From the NCBI GenBank assembly GCA_023443125.1, contig JAEZVO010000028.1:44-64043 (forward strand): a stretch of 64,000 nucleotides of DNA, given 5' to 3'. Under the pieces are notes generated by a model. It made no database searches. It worked only from the letters and a program-made list of their open reading frames with translations, and had not been told where the DNA came from. Below, piece by piece: positions 41,067 to 50,795 of the stretch. How positions within the stretch are numbered: position 1 is the stretch's first letter; every line of letters begins with the position of its first letter. The DNA comes from Actinomycetes bacterium. Lineage in GTDB: Bacteria; Actinomycetota; Actinomycetes; Propionibacteriales; Propionibacteriaceae. Position numbers and translations under genes: made by a program.

Positions 41067-43964
41067 TCACTCACCCCAGAAATAGCGCTCGACGACGGCC
41101 GTCGCCCGGCGGGCGTGTCGTCGGGTGATCTCGATGAGCTCACTCGCCGGCCCGTCGATGCCCAGCAGCGTGTTGATGGCCGCGAGGTCTCTGAGGTCGG
41201 TGGGCAGCGCGTCGGCGGCGCGGCCACGCACGAGCATCACCGCGTCGCGAACGCTGCTGGCGTGCCGCCACGCCTCGTGCAGCGCGTCCGCGTCGGTGGC
41301 ATCGACGAGCCCGAGTGAACGGACTGCGTCGAGGGCTGCGAGCGTCGACGTGGTCTGCAGTTCGGGGTGGGCATGGCCGTGCTGGAGCTGCAGCAATTGC
41401 ACGGTCCATTCGATGTCGGCCAAGCCGCCCGGGCCGAGCTTGAGGTGGCGGTCGCGGTCGATGCCGCGCGGGATGCGCTCGCGCTCCATGCGCGATTTCA
41501 GCCGACGAATCTCCGTCACCTCCGACGGCGCGAGCCCCTCGGGCGGATATCGGTAGGGGTCTGCGTCGTTGAGCAACTGCGCGACGAGCGCGGCACTGCC
41601 GGCGCCGTGTCGGGCGCGAAGAAGCATCTGCCGCTCCCACGTCACGGCCCATCGTGCGTAGTAGGTGCGGTATGAGGCCAGGGTGCGCACCTGCGGGCCG
41701 CTCTTCCCGCCGGGTCGGAGGTCGGAATCCAGCGTCAGCCCGTGGTCTGGGCCGGGGCGCCCCAGGATCTCGGCGGCACGTCGGACGAGTTTCGTCGCCG
41801 CTTCCAGTCCGGCGGCGTCGGTGTCGTCGGGCACCACGAACATCGCGTCCAGGTCTGACGAGTAGCTCATCTCTGAACCGCCCCAACGCCCAAGCGCGAC
41901 GACGCCGAGCTCCGGCGCGGCGTGTTCGCGTCGGGCGATGTCCAGCGCCGCCTCGAGCGTCGCGTCCGCCAGCGACGACAGCGCCTGGCCGCATTGGGCA
42001 ACGTCGACGCCGCCCAACACGTCGGTAATGGCGATACGTGCGAGTTCAGAGCGCCGCAGCGCGCGCATGGATGCGACGGCGCGGTCGGCGTCGTCGTGAC
42101 GGGCCGCGGTGTTCTTGAAGGCCGCGACGAGTTCGTCGCGCGGGCGGGGCTGGAGGTCGTCGTCGGAGGCCAGCAGCCGCACGGATTGCGGCACCCGCTG
42201 GAGTAGCGCGACGGCGAACCGGCTCGTGGAGGCCACCGTCGCGAATCGCCTGGCCATGTAGCCCTCGTCGCGGAGGGCGCGCAGGTACCAGCTCTCCTCC
42301 CCCAGCGCTTCCGAGAGCTGCCGAAACGAGAGCAACCCGAAGTCGGGGTTCGGCCCGTCGGCGATCCATTCGAGCATGGCTGGCATGAGATGTCGACGGA
42401 TCTCCGCCGCCCGCGACGTCCCCGTCGTGAGCGCCTCGATGTGCGTGAGTGCGGCTCGCGGGTCGAGAAAACCGAGCGCTTTCGCCCGTGCTCGGGCGGC
42501 GTCTTGGCTGAGCAGAACACCCGACGGTGATTGCGCCACCACGTCGAGCAGCGGCGAGAAGAAGATGCGCTGCCGCAAGCGCCGCACATCTCGTCGGGTG
42601 GTCTTCCACTGTTCCCACACGTCCGGTATCCGCGCGGTGCGTGAGAGTTCCGCGAGCTGGCGCTCGTCATCGGGCACGAGGTGGGTGCGCCGCAATCGGG
42701 CGAGTTGGATGCGGTGTTCGATCACGCGCTGGATGCGGTAGTCCTGTGCGAGCTTGGCGCCGTCGTCGCGGCCGATGTAGCCGTGCGCGACGAGTGCCTC
42801 GAGGCCGTCGAGCGTGCCTCTGCCGCGGATGCGTTCGTCGGAGGTGCCGTGCACGAGCTGCAGGAGCTGCACGGAGAACTCGGTGTCGCGCAGGCCGCCG
42901 CTGGCGAGTTTGATGTCACGGTCGGCTTGCGAGGCCGGGATGAGTGAGATGACCCGCTCGCGCATGGCGCGCATCTCGGGGAGGAAACCGTCGGTGTGAG
43001 CGACCTGCCACACCCGGGGTGCGAGCATGTCGACGAACGCTTGCCCCAGCTCCAGATCGCCGGCGGCGGGGCGGGCCTTCAGCATGGCCTGGAATTCCCA
43101 GGGTTTGGCCCAGCGTTCGTAGTAATGACGGCATGACTCGAGCGTGCGGACGAGCGGCCCGGCTTTGCCTTCGGGGCGCAGCGCGGCGTCGACAGTCCAG
43201 ATGGTTCCGGCGCTGGTGTGGGCAGAGCAGATGCGCGCTTGGGCTGCCGCGATACGCGTGGCAATGGCGAGGGCATGGTCGGTGGGCACATCGTCGCGGG
43301 CGGGTTCTGCGGCGTAGAGCACGTCTACGTCGGAAAGGTAGTTCAGCTCTTGCGCACCCGTCTTACCGAGCGCGATCACGGCGAGACGCGCGTCGGCCCA
43401 CTGCGGCACTTCGGCGCGCGCGAGCGCCAGTGACGTGTCGAGCACGGCGTCCGCCACGTGCGCGAGCTCCCTGGTGATGTCGGCGAGGAGCGCCGTCGGA
43501 TCCTCTGCCTCGAGGTCCCGCGCGGCGATGAGCGTGAGCGCGGCTCGGTTCGCCACGCGCAGCTCGTCCGCAGTGCCGGCGCAGACCCCGTCGACGATGG
43601 GCAGGCGTTGAGCGAAAAAGCGGCGCCAGTCGTCGGCGCTGCGTGGGCGCGGTGGGTCGCGCAGGAGATCCAGCAGGTGTTCTTCGCGCCCGAGCGCCGT
43701 GGCCAGCACCGACGATGCACCGGCGACGAGGAGCACGCGTCGCGCCCATTCCGCGTCGCCCAGCAATTCGTCATGCCGGCCGGCCTGCACGATGGCGTCG
43801 AGGGCGTGGAGTGCGCCGAAGCGGTCGCCTACCGGGGCGCACCAGTCGAGATCCACCTTGGCGCGGACATCGTCCGGCCAGGATTGCCAGATACGCGCGG
43901 CCGAGGTGGGTTGGGCGAATCCTCGCCGCGCAAACTCAGCTTGGGGTGAATGGAGCCGCGCCAT
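41067..43964 (-). CDS. glnE: Glutamine synthetase adenylyltransferase
   Basis: Two nucleotidyltransferase domains (LGKTGAQELNYLSDVD; LGRWGGSEMSYSSDLD), LRPEGKAGPL. Confidence 0.94.
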   Translation of the reverse strand: MARLHSPQAEFARRGFAQPTSAARIWQSWPDDVRAKVDLDWCAPVGDRFGALHALDAIVQAGRHDELLGDAEWARRVLLVAGASSVLATALGREEHLLDLLRDPPRPRSADDWRRFFAQRLPIVDGVCAGTADELRVANRAALTLIAARDLEAEDPTALLADITRELAHVADAVLDTSLALARAEVPQWADARLAVIALGKTGAQELNYLSDVDVLYAAEPARDDVPTDHALAIATRIAAAQARICSAHTSAGTIWTVDAALRPEGKAGPLVRTLESCRHYYERWAKPWEFQAMLKARPAAGDLELGQAFVDMLAPRVWQVAHTDGFLPEMRAMRERVISLIPASQADRDIKLASGGLRDTEFSVQLLQLVHGTSDERIRGRGTLDGLEALVAHGYIGRDDGAKLAQDYRIQRVIEHRIQLARLRRTHLVPDDERQLAELSRTARIPDVWEQWKTTRRDVRRLRQRIFFSPLLDVVAQSPSGVLLSQDAARARAKALGFLDPRAALTHIEALTTGTSRAAEIRRHLMPAMLEWIADGPNPDFGLLSFRQLSEALGEESWYLRALRDEGYMARRFATVASTSRFAVALLQRVPQSVRLLASDDDLQPRPRDELVAAFKNTAARHDDADRAVASMRALRRSELARIAITDVLGGVDVAQCGQALSSLADATLEAALDIARREHAAPELGVVALGRWGGSEMSYSSDLDAMFVVPDDTDAAGLEAATKLVRRAAEILGRPGPDHGLTLDSDLRPGGKSGPQVRTLASYRTYYARWAVTWERQMLLRARHGAGSAALVAQLLNDADPYRYPPEGLAPSEVTEIRRLKSRMERERIPRGIDRDRHLKLGPGGLADIEWTVQLLQLQHGHAHPELQTTSTLAALDAVRSLGLVDATDADALHEAWRHASSVRDAVMLVRGRAADALPTDLRDLAAINTLLGIDGPASELIEITRRHARRATAVVERYFWGE

Positions 43965-44023
43965 GGGAAGAGTGTACGTGCCTCGCCCCGTCGGCTACAC
44001 GTGTGGCCGGCTAGGCTCGACGC

Positions 44024-44443
44024 ATGGTTCGCCCCACCGATGCCGTCACGCAAGCACTCCGCCCCCTCGTGGATGAGCGCGAGCTCGATGCGGAATTGTC
44101 GGCGAAGCGCCCCGATCTCACGCAGCTGCTGCTGCGGGCGGCGTCGGAACATGAACAGCTGCCGCGCCCCCTCGTCGCTGCGGCCACGCGCGCGGCGTGT
44201 GGGCTGCTGGGTGAGCGCTTCGGCGGCCACGCCATCGAGTTGCGCGTGCCGCCGTTTGCGGCGGTGCAGTTGAGCTTCGGGTCCGGCCCGCGGCACACGC
44301 GCGGCACCCCGCCTAACGTCGTCGAGGTTGATCCGACGGTGTTCCTCGCCCTCGTCACGGGGCGCGTGGCCTATGCCGACGCTTCGGTTCGGGCATCGGG
44401 GGCACACGCGCACGAGGTGGCGCAGGCATTTCCACTCACATGA
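44024..44443 (+). CDS. Sterol-carrier (SCP-like) family protein
   Basis: IELRVPPFAAVQ...GPRHTRGTPPNVVE motif. Confidence 0.8.
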   Translation: MVRPTDAVTQALRPLVDERELDAELSAKRPDLTQLLLRAASEHEQLPRPLVAAATRAACGLLGERFGGHAIELRVPPFAAVQLSFGSGPRHTRGTPPNVVEVDPTVFLALVTGRVAYADASVRASGAHAHEVAQAFPLT

Positions 44444-45764
44444 CGGCGATGTTCTGGTCGATCTCCCATTGTGAGGTCTGGCGGCGGTAGTCCTCGAATT
44501 CCTCGTGCTTGTTGCGTAGGAAGTGTTCGAAGACGTGCTCGCCGAGGGTGTCCGCGACGAGTTCCGAGCCCTCCATCACCCGCAGCGCGCCGTCGAGATT
44601 GCGTGGCAGCTCGTCGATGCCCAGCGCCTGGCGTTCGCGACGAGACAGCGTCCACACCGCTTCTTCCGCCTCCGTCGGCAGGGGGTATTCGCCCTCGATA
44701 CCCTGCAGCCCTGCGCGAAGCAGGAGCGCGTACGCGAGGTATGGGTTCGCGGCGGAATCGATCGCCCGATATTCCACGCGCGCGCTCGACGCCTTGCCCG
44801 GCGTCCACTGCGGAACACGCACGAGTGCGGACCGGTTGGCTCTCCCCCAGCACACATAGCTCGGGGCCTCGTCGCCCGCGGCGAGACGCTTGTAGGAGTT
44901 CACCCACTGGTTCGTCACCGCCGTGATCTCGGGAGCATGCCGCAGCAGCCCCGCGATAAACTGCCGTCCCACCTTCGACAGCTGGTATTCATCGGCGGCG
45001 TCGAAGAACGCGTTCGTGTCGCCCTCGAACAGCGACAGGTGCGAGTGCATGCCCGAGCCCGGGTACTGCGTGAACGGCTTCGGCATGAACGTGGCATGCA
45101 GCCCGCGTGATGCTGCGGCCTCACGCACCGCAACCCGAAACGACATGATGTTGTCTGCCATCGTGAGCGCGTCGGCGTGACGCAGGTCGATCTCGTGCTG
45201 TCCGGGGGCGCCTTCGTGGTGGCTGAATTCCACAGAAATTCCCATGTCCTCGAGACCAAGAATGGCCTCGCGTCGCACGTCGTTGGCTCGGCTCAGGGTG
45301 GTGTGGTCAAAGTATCCGCCATTGTCGAAGGGCACTGGCGGGTTGAGCTGGCTCAGCACGAAGAACTCAATCTCGGGGTGTACCTGCAGGCTGAAGCCGG
45401 CGTCGGCGGCCTTGTCGACAGCGCGTTTCAGCACGTAGCGGGGGTCGGCGAAGCTCGGGGATCCATCACGAAGCCGCACGTCGCAGAACATACGTGCCGT
45501 GACAAGGCCGGATTCGGTCATCCACGGCAGCACCTGGAACGTGGAGGGGTCCGGGTGAGCCACCATGTCTGCCTCGAACACGCGGGCAAAACCCTCGATG
45601 GCCGAGCCATCGAAACCGACACCTTCCGCCAGTGCCACCTCAACCTCACCCGGCCCGATGGCCACCGATTTCAGGTTGCCCAGCACGTCGGTGAACCACA
45701 GCAGGATGAATCGAACTTGATGCTCTTCGATGAGTCGAAATACGGTTTCGGCCTGAGTGTCCAT
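44436..45764 (-). CDS. glnA2: Glutamine synthetase family protein GlnA2
   Basis: LWFTDVLG, FDGSAIEGF, HHEGAPGQHEI, NRSALVRVP; adjacent to glnE. Confidence 0.9.
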   Translation of the reverse strand: MDTQAETVFRLIEEHQVRFILLWFTDVLGNLKSVAIGPGEVEVALAEGVGFDGSAIEGFARVFEADMVAHPDPSTFQVLPWMTESGLVTARMFCDVRLRDGSPSFADPRYVLKRAVDKAADAGFSLQVHPEIEFFVLSQLNPPVPFDNGGYFDHTTLSRANDVRREAILGLEDMGISVEFSHHEGAPGQHEIDLRHADALTMADNIMSFRVAVREAAASRGLHATFMPKPFTQYPGSGMHSHLSLFEGDTNAFFDAADEYQLSKVGRQFIAGLLRHAPEITAVTNQWVNSYKRLAAGDEAPSYVCWGRANRSALVRVPQWTPGKASSARVEYRAIDSAANPYLAYALLLRAGLQGIEGEYPLPTEAEEAVWTLSRRERQALGIDELPRNLDGALRVMEGSELVADTLGEHVFEHFLRNKHEEFEDYRRQTSQWEIDQNIAVM

Positions 45765-45838
45765 GAGCCCAAGTGTGCCGTACGGCGCACCGTCGCCGCG
45801 CTCGATCCACGGTTTGTTAGACAACTACACTGCGGGGT

Positions 45839-46666
45839 ATGAGTCAGCCCGGCTGGTACCCAAACCCAGAAGGCCGCGGGAAGCCGCGGTACTGGGATGG
45901 TGCCCAATGGCACGACGAGAAACCCCAGAAATCGTCACCCACGGGCTGGATCGTCGGTGGCCTGCTGCTCATCGCAACGGTGGTCGTCGTGCTGGTGCTG
46001 CAGCCTTCGAGCATCATGAACCCTCTCGGTGCACCGCCCGAAGACACCCGCTCCGACCGCCCAAGCGTGAAACCGTGGGATGAGCGAACGAGAGAACCCG
46101 ACGAGCCCGCACCCACCGACGACGGCGGCGCGAGGCCGGAGGACTGCCCCACCGTTGGTTACCCGACGAGCGAGGTCGACGACAATGGACTCTTGCATGG
46201 CGGCGGGCTCACCGTCGTGGCTCCGAGCGCCGATGGTTGGCGCAACGAGCCCACATATATGCCGTGGATGGCGGAGCAAAACTCAGTGACGCGGCAGATC
46301 GTGCCGGGCTGGGTGGCGTCGATGGACATCGGTACCGTGCGTGCCGAGGACGGGTTCCGCAACCCGAAGCAGGCGGCGGCCGCGATGGTGTCGTGCATGG
46401 CGTCGTCGTGGATGTACGACGGCTTCACTGGTCGCGAAGACCTGGTCAATGAACAGGTCGAGATTTCCGGGGTCACCGGTTGGCACATTCAAACAAATAT
46501 CTACGTCAACAGGGAAGACGGCATCGAAGGCGACCTACTGGATGTGTACGTCTTCGATCTCGGGCGCGACGGTGAACTCAGCGTCGTAGCGGGCTGCGCC
46601 ACCATCGACGATGCCTCGTCCATCGAGGAGGTTCGCCAGTCGCTCGACAGCATCGCCGTCGAATGA
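45839..46666 (+). CDS. DUF2510-domain membrane protein
   Basis: PGWYPNP...RYWDGAQW N-terminal motif, one TM helix. Confidence 0.85.
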   Translation: MSQPGWYPNPEGRGKPRYWDGAQWHDEKPQKSSPTGWIVGGLLLIATVVVVLVLQPSSIMNPLGAPPEDTRSDRPSVKPWDERTREPDEPAPTDDGGARPEDCPTVGYPTSEVDDNGLLHGGGLTVVAPSADGWRNEPTYMPWMAEQNSVTRQIVPGWVASMDIGTVRAEDGFRNPKQAAAAMVSCMASSWMYDGFTGREDLVNEQVEISGVTGWHIQTNIYVNREDGIEGDLLDVYVFDLGRDGELSVVAGCATIDDASSIEEVRQSLDSIAVE

Positions 46667-46697
46667 ACCAACTCGAGACAAGCGCTAGGGTGAAACT

Positions 46698-47543
46698 GTG
46701 AGCATCATTACCCCGCATACCGTCTCCCCCGTCCGCCCAGTTCCCGCGTCGATTGCCCGGCCGGAGTACGTCGGGAAGGAAGGGCCGACCCCGTACACCG
46801 GATCGCATGTGCAGTCCGACGACGTGATCGAGCGCATGCGGGTGGCGGGCAAGATTGCCCACGACGCGATGCACGAGGCCGGCAAGGCCGTCGCGCCTGG
46901 CGTTACGACGGATGAGCTCGACCGCATCGCGCACGAGTACATGCTCGACCACAACGCCTACCCGTCGGCGTTGGGGTACCGCGGCTTCCCGAAGTCGATC
47001 TGCACGTCGGTGAACGAGGTCATTTGCCACGGCATTCCGGACAGCCGCCCACTCGAGGACGGCGACATCGTGAAGATCGACTGCACCGCGTTCTACGACG
47101 GCGTCCACGGCGACAACTGCTACACGTTCCTGTGTGGCGACGTGTCCGAGGAGCACAAGCTGCTCGTCGAGCGCACGCAGGAGGCGCTCAACCGCGGCAT
47201 TAAGGCAGTGAAGCCGGGGCGCCCGATGTCGGTGATCGGGCGGGTGATCGAAAGCTACGCCAAGCGCTTCGGGTACGGGGTGGTGCGCGACTACACCGGC
47301 CACGGCGTGCACACGCAGTTCCACTCCGGGCTCGTGGTGTTGCACTACGACGAGCCACGTCTCGACACGCGCATGGAGCCGGGCATGACCTTCACCATCG
47401 AGCCGATGCTCACGCTCGGCAACTACGAGTCGGAGGTCTGGGACGACGACTGGACCGTGACCACCCTCGACAAGTCGTGGTGCGCCCAGTTCGAGCAGAC
47501 CCTCGTCGTCACCGACGACGGAGCCGAGATCCTCACCGCCTGA
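46698..47543 (+). CDS. map: Methionine aminopeptidase type I
   Basis: [28 protein letters not shown]. Confidence 0.96.
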   Translation: MSIITPHTVSPVRPVPASIARPEYVGKEGPTPYTGSHVQSDDVIERMRVAGKIAHDAMHEAGKAVAPGVTTDELDRIAHEYMLDHNAYPSALGYRGFPKSICTSVNEVICHGIPDSRPLEDGDIVKIDCTAFYDGVHGDNCYTFLCGDVSEEHKLLVERTQEALNRGIKAVKPGRPMSVIGRVIESYAKRFGYGVVRDYTGHGVHTQFHSGLVVLHYDEPRLDTRMEPGMTFTIEPMLTLGNYESEVWDDDWTVTTLDKSWCAQFEQTLVVTDDGAEILTA

Positions 47544-47574
47544 GCTGCTCCCGACTGTTTCCCCGCCCCAAACA

Positions 47575-47657
47575 AAACTGCAAAACTCGCCAACAGCTGG
47601 ATGCCTCACGCTCACCTGAGCGGGGACAGTTCCGGCTAATGGCGAGTTTTGCAGTTT
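47575..47657. repeat. Long hairpin repeat family B, copy 1
   Basis: aaactgcaaaactcgcca...tggcgagttttgcagttt; second copy at 56475. Confidence 0.9.
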
Positions 47658-47665
47658 CTTCCTCT

Positions 47666-48042
47666 GATGATTGATCCGCGGGCGCAGCCCGCGAGTCGAA
47701 ATCACCCCGGACGAGCTTCAGTGGCAGAAATGCGCCCAAACATGGACGGTAATCTGCCGCCCAAGCGGGTGTGGTTTCGATACGCGGGCCACGCCCGCTA
47801 CTCAACCACCGGTGCTGAGGTGACTGCCCCCCCCCGAGCGTCGAGTAGGGCCGCAGGCCCGTATCGAGACGCAACAACGAGTTTCGACACGCCGCATCCG
47901 ATGATTGAGCCGCTGCCGGAGGCAGCGAGTCGAAATCATCCGGCAGACGTGGTTTCGACACGCCACTGAGTGACTCTTCAGCCACCGGGGCGCGGCTCCA
48001 CCCGATGATTGAGCCGCGGGCGCAGCCCGCGAGTCGAAATCA
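47666..48042. repeat. BIME-like array of about 7 alternating REP-like units
   Basis: gatgattga(g/t)ccgc-hairpin-gcgagtcgaaatca three times, interleaved with ggtttcga(t/c)acgc...ccaccgg units. Confidence 0.88.
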
Positions 48043-48128
48043 TCTTGAGTACTGAGAGCTCTGCAAACTAACGAAACCTCTGACTGCCCATTCGAGGAGC
48101 AAAGTGTGGCGACGGTCTGCCGGAGCTG

Positions 48129-48365
48129 TTATAGGCCTTCAATGGGAGCGCAGCGCGAGGATTTACCACCCCCCAGCGATTCTGATCGGATTACCTCGAG
48201 GACGATCTCGACTTCAGACTCGGGCAGACCAGCAAGATGAGCGATGGGCTCGCGCATCTCTGCCTCCGCCTGACTGAGTGTGTGCACCTGGCTGACAGCA
48301 CCGTTATCCGATTCAAGCACCCATACACCATCACTACGTTCGGCGGTCACAGCTACGGTCATCAT
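48129..48365 (-). CDS. HicB-like antitoxin N-terminal domain (probably truncated)
   Basis: VTAERSDGVWVLE...VSQVHTLSQAEAEMREPIA pattern. Confidence 0.55.
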   Translation of the reverse strand: MMTVAVTAERSDGVWVLESDNGAVSQVHTLSQAEAEMREPIAHLAGLPESEVEIVLEVIRSESLGGGKSSRCAPIEGL

Positions 48366-48433
48366 CGGCGTCGTCCTCTCCGGCTGAGCGCATCAACCTT
48401 CTCGCCAATATTCTCAGACGCTCGAACAACGAG

Positions 48434-49438
48434 TTGAAGCCAACACGTGCATACGACGACGAGTTCATGAAGATCGTTGGTGGCCTAGCAGTCAGGCAGC
48501 ATCAGACGACGTTGGACGCGGGCCGCGATGTGGTGGTGCTGTCGGCGGCGGCGAACGATCGGCGCTGGCGGCGGGTGACCGACGGCAATCCGTGCGCATT
48601 CTGCGCAATGCTCGCGACTCGTACCGACTACACCTCGCCGTTCGCCGCCCAGTATGTGGTTGGGCGCGGTAAGACTACTCGGCTTGGTGCTCGCGGTAGG
48701 CGTGGTCTTGGTGTTCGCCCTCGTGGTTCTCGCTCGCTGGGTGAGAAGTACCACGACCATTGCGGGTGCACCGTCGCGGAGGTGTTCGACGACTGGGAGC
48801 CCTCTTACGCCGAGCGGCAGCAGAAAGCCCTCTACGAGGAAGCCCGGAAGGCCTGCAAGGAACAAGGGCTCGAGCCAACCACGAAGAACGTTCTGGCGCA
48901 GATGCGTGAGCTTGGCGACGGCACCGTCCACGACGCGCATGTGCCGGAAGGCGAGAAGAAGAAGCCTGGACGGAAACCCAAGACGCAGACCGGCGGGTCT
49001 GGAGGTGGCGGCAAGAAACCGCCACGACAACTCGTTGGGTTCGGCGATGATGACCCGAATTGGTCGGCTCGGGAGCGACGCGCAGTTGAGTACCTCCGCA
49101 GTCAGCGAGGCTACGCTGTCGGCCCTGGGGGTAAGAGCGAGCATAATGACCGGCTTTTCGATTGCACGATTGGCGGCCGCAAGGCGGACATTAAATCGCT
49201 GGACCCGGGGGGTTCATCGAACACCATGCGAAACCGCACTAGAGAGTCGACGTCTCGAGGAGGGCAAGCCAGAGATCTGGTCTTTGATCTCCGCAGAAGC
49301 GGGGTTGGTGAGTCGGAAGCGCGCGACGGAGTGGCGCGGATCTGGGGTCTCTACGGCCTCTCCGGGGCTCGCGGACACAAGGTTGATAGAATCTACGTAA
49401 TCGGTGATGGCTACTATTTCGAGGAGGACGCGAGGTGA
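48434..49438 (+). CDS. Phage minor head (MuF-like) protein, 5'-truncated, with C-terminal CdiA-like PD-(D/E)xK nuclease toxin domain
   Basis: WRRVTDGNPCAFCAMLATR...YHDHCGC; GGSGGGGKKPP linker; E...FDCTIGGRKADIKS...GGQARDLVFDLR. Confidence 0.75.
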   Translation: MKPTRAYDDEFMKIVGGLAVRQHQTTLDAGRDVVVLSAAANDRRWRRVTDGNPCAFCAMLATRTDYTSPFAAQYVVGRGKTTRLGARGRRGLGVRPRGSRSLGEKYHDHCGCTVAEVFDDWEPSYAERQQKALYEEARKACKEQGLEPTTKNVLAQMRELGDGTVHDAHVPEGEKKKPGRKPKTQTGGSGGGGKKPPRQLVGFGDDDPNWSARERRAVEYLRSQRGYAVGPGGKSEHNDRLFDCTIGGRKADIKSLDPGGSSNTMRNRTRESTSRGGQARDLVFDLRRSGVGESEARDGVARIWGLYGLSGARGHKVDRIYVIGDGYYFEEDAR

Positions 49439-49707
49439 CCGTTGAACATCTGTTGATTGCCGGACTCGAGTCCGCCGGGGAGATTGACGCCATGATCGAT
49501 GAGCCGATCTCCACTGTGATCGATTTGGAAGACGACCGATACCTGGACGATCACGAGATGCCGTTGAGTGCGTTCCGCTTCGATATCCAGCTCAGCTCCG
49601 GCGATGCGAAGGATCGAGCACGGAGGATCTTCGATGCACTCGCGAGCAGAGCGGGTGTTCGCATTCTATGGACGACCAACCTCACGCGACTGGTCGCTCA
49701 AAATTAG
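49435..49707 (+). CDS. Small acidic protein, probable immunity protein
   Basis: GTGA overlap with toxin stop, GAGGA RBS, 90 aa. Confidence 0.6.
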   Translation: MTVEHLLIAGLESAGEIDAMIDEPISTVIDLEDDRYLDDHEMPLSAFRFDIQLSSGDAKDRARRIFDALASRAGVRILWTTNLTRLVAQN

Positions 49708-49726
49708 CTGACCTCAGCGTTGTCGC

Positions 49727-49756
49727 AAACCCCGTAGGTGTTCCTGCGGGGTTTTC
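49727..49756 (+). terminator. Intrinsic terminator
   Basis: aaaccccgtagg-tgtt-cctgcggggtttt. Confidence 0.85.
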
Positions 49757-49780
49757 TCATGCTCCGACGAAGGAGACAGC

Positions 49781-49999
49781 ATGCCCGAGCTCGTGACTGA
49801 GGCGGAATTCATTCGCGGCAAAATGCCGAAGATCAACGGGGCCAAGTTCCCGTATCTCATCCACGAGGATGGCCCCTACGTTGACTTCGATCATGGGTGT
49901 CCAACGACCCTCTGGCTGCCGCTCATCACCGACGACAACCTCGCCATCCGTACCCAAGACGTCGACACGTCCGAGAAACGTGTCGATTCTGACGTCTGA
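49781..49999 (+). CDS. Small phage hypothetical protein
   Basis: AAGGAG RBS plus ATG, between MuF module and scaffold fragment. Confidence 0.55.
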   Translation: MPELVTEAEFIRGKMPKINGAKFPYLIHEDGPYVDFDHGCPTTLWLPLITDDNLAIRTQDVDTSEKRVDSDV

Positions 50000-50069
50000 T
50001 TTCGACAAGTCTTTCCGCAAACGCGCAGCGGTCAATGCGCGGCACCAACAACACTCCGTAGGAGGAACC

Positions 50070-50282
50070 ATGTCCGAACAGTCCATCACGCCCGAAAACA
50101 GCCAGCCTGAGCAGGCGAAGCCTGACTTCCAGCCGATCACGTCACAGGAGCAGCTCAACGCACTGCTGGGTGACCGGTTGGCTCGTGAGCGGGCGAAGTT
50201 CGCTGATTATGACGAGCTGAAAGCGAAAGCCGAGAAGTTCGACGAGGCCGAGAAGTCCATCACGGATGGCATGAATAGCTGA
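50070..50282 (+). pseudogene. Phage capsid scaffold protein, N-terminal fragment
   Basis: AGGAGG RBS; ITSQEQLNALLGDRLARERAKFADYDELKAKAEKFD typical of siphovirus scaffolds; ends early. Confidence 0.8.
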
Positions 50283-50294
50283 AGCCAGCAAACC

Positions 50295-50358
50295 CGGTTT
50301 CGATACGCGGGCTACGCCCGCTACTCAACCACCGAATGCGGGCTACTCAACCACCGAT
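50295..50358 (-). repeat. REP-like unit(s) at the 3' end of rnpB
   Basis: ggtttcgatacgcgggctacgcccgctactcaaccaccga plus repeated gctactcaaccaccga. Confidence 0.85.
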
Positions 50359-50364
50359 AAAGAG

Positions 50365-50732
50365 CGGACGAGCCGGCCTGTAAGCCGGGTTTTGTGGTCG
50401 GTGATCATCTATCTAAGGCGGCGCGTTGCCGCGTCGCTCAAGCAACCTACCCGGGCACCTCGCGCGAGCAGCGCTCCGACGGTGTCCGCAGCCGGCGGAA
50501 CCGGCCTTCTTGGTCTTGCTCCAGGTGGGGTTTACCAAGCCGCCCCAGTCACCTGGGACGCTGGGGGTCTCTTACACCTCCGTTTCACCCTTACCCGTTG
50601 CCGGGCGGTCTGTTTTCTGTGGCACTATCCCGCGGGTCACCCCGGGTGGGCGTTACCCACCACCTTGCTCTTCGGAGCCCGGACTTTCCTCAGCCCTGCA
50701 TCAGGGCCGCGATCACCCGGCCGACTCGTCCG
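50365..50732 (-). ncRNA. rnpB: RNase P RNA, class A
   Basis: Minus strand: GAGGAAAGTCCGGGCTCC, AGTGCCACAGAAA, GGGTGAAACGG, ACAAAACCCGGCTTA; complementary P1 ends. Confidence 0.97.
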
Positions 50733-50795
50733 TCGGACGATTCTATCGGCACCGCATAGCAGCGTCGCACCTAAAACGGCGTACACTCATCATTC

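Noticed and set aside
47666..48042. Repeat cluster as a CRISPR array
   Set aside because: Units alternate in orientation, vary in sequence and spacing, and no cas genes are present; it fits REP/BIME.
48362..48433. Possible hicA remnant (ILARRLMRSAG) upstream of the HicB-like ORF
   Set aside because: Too short to support a call.
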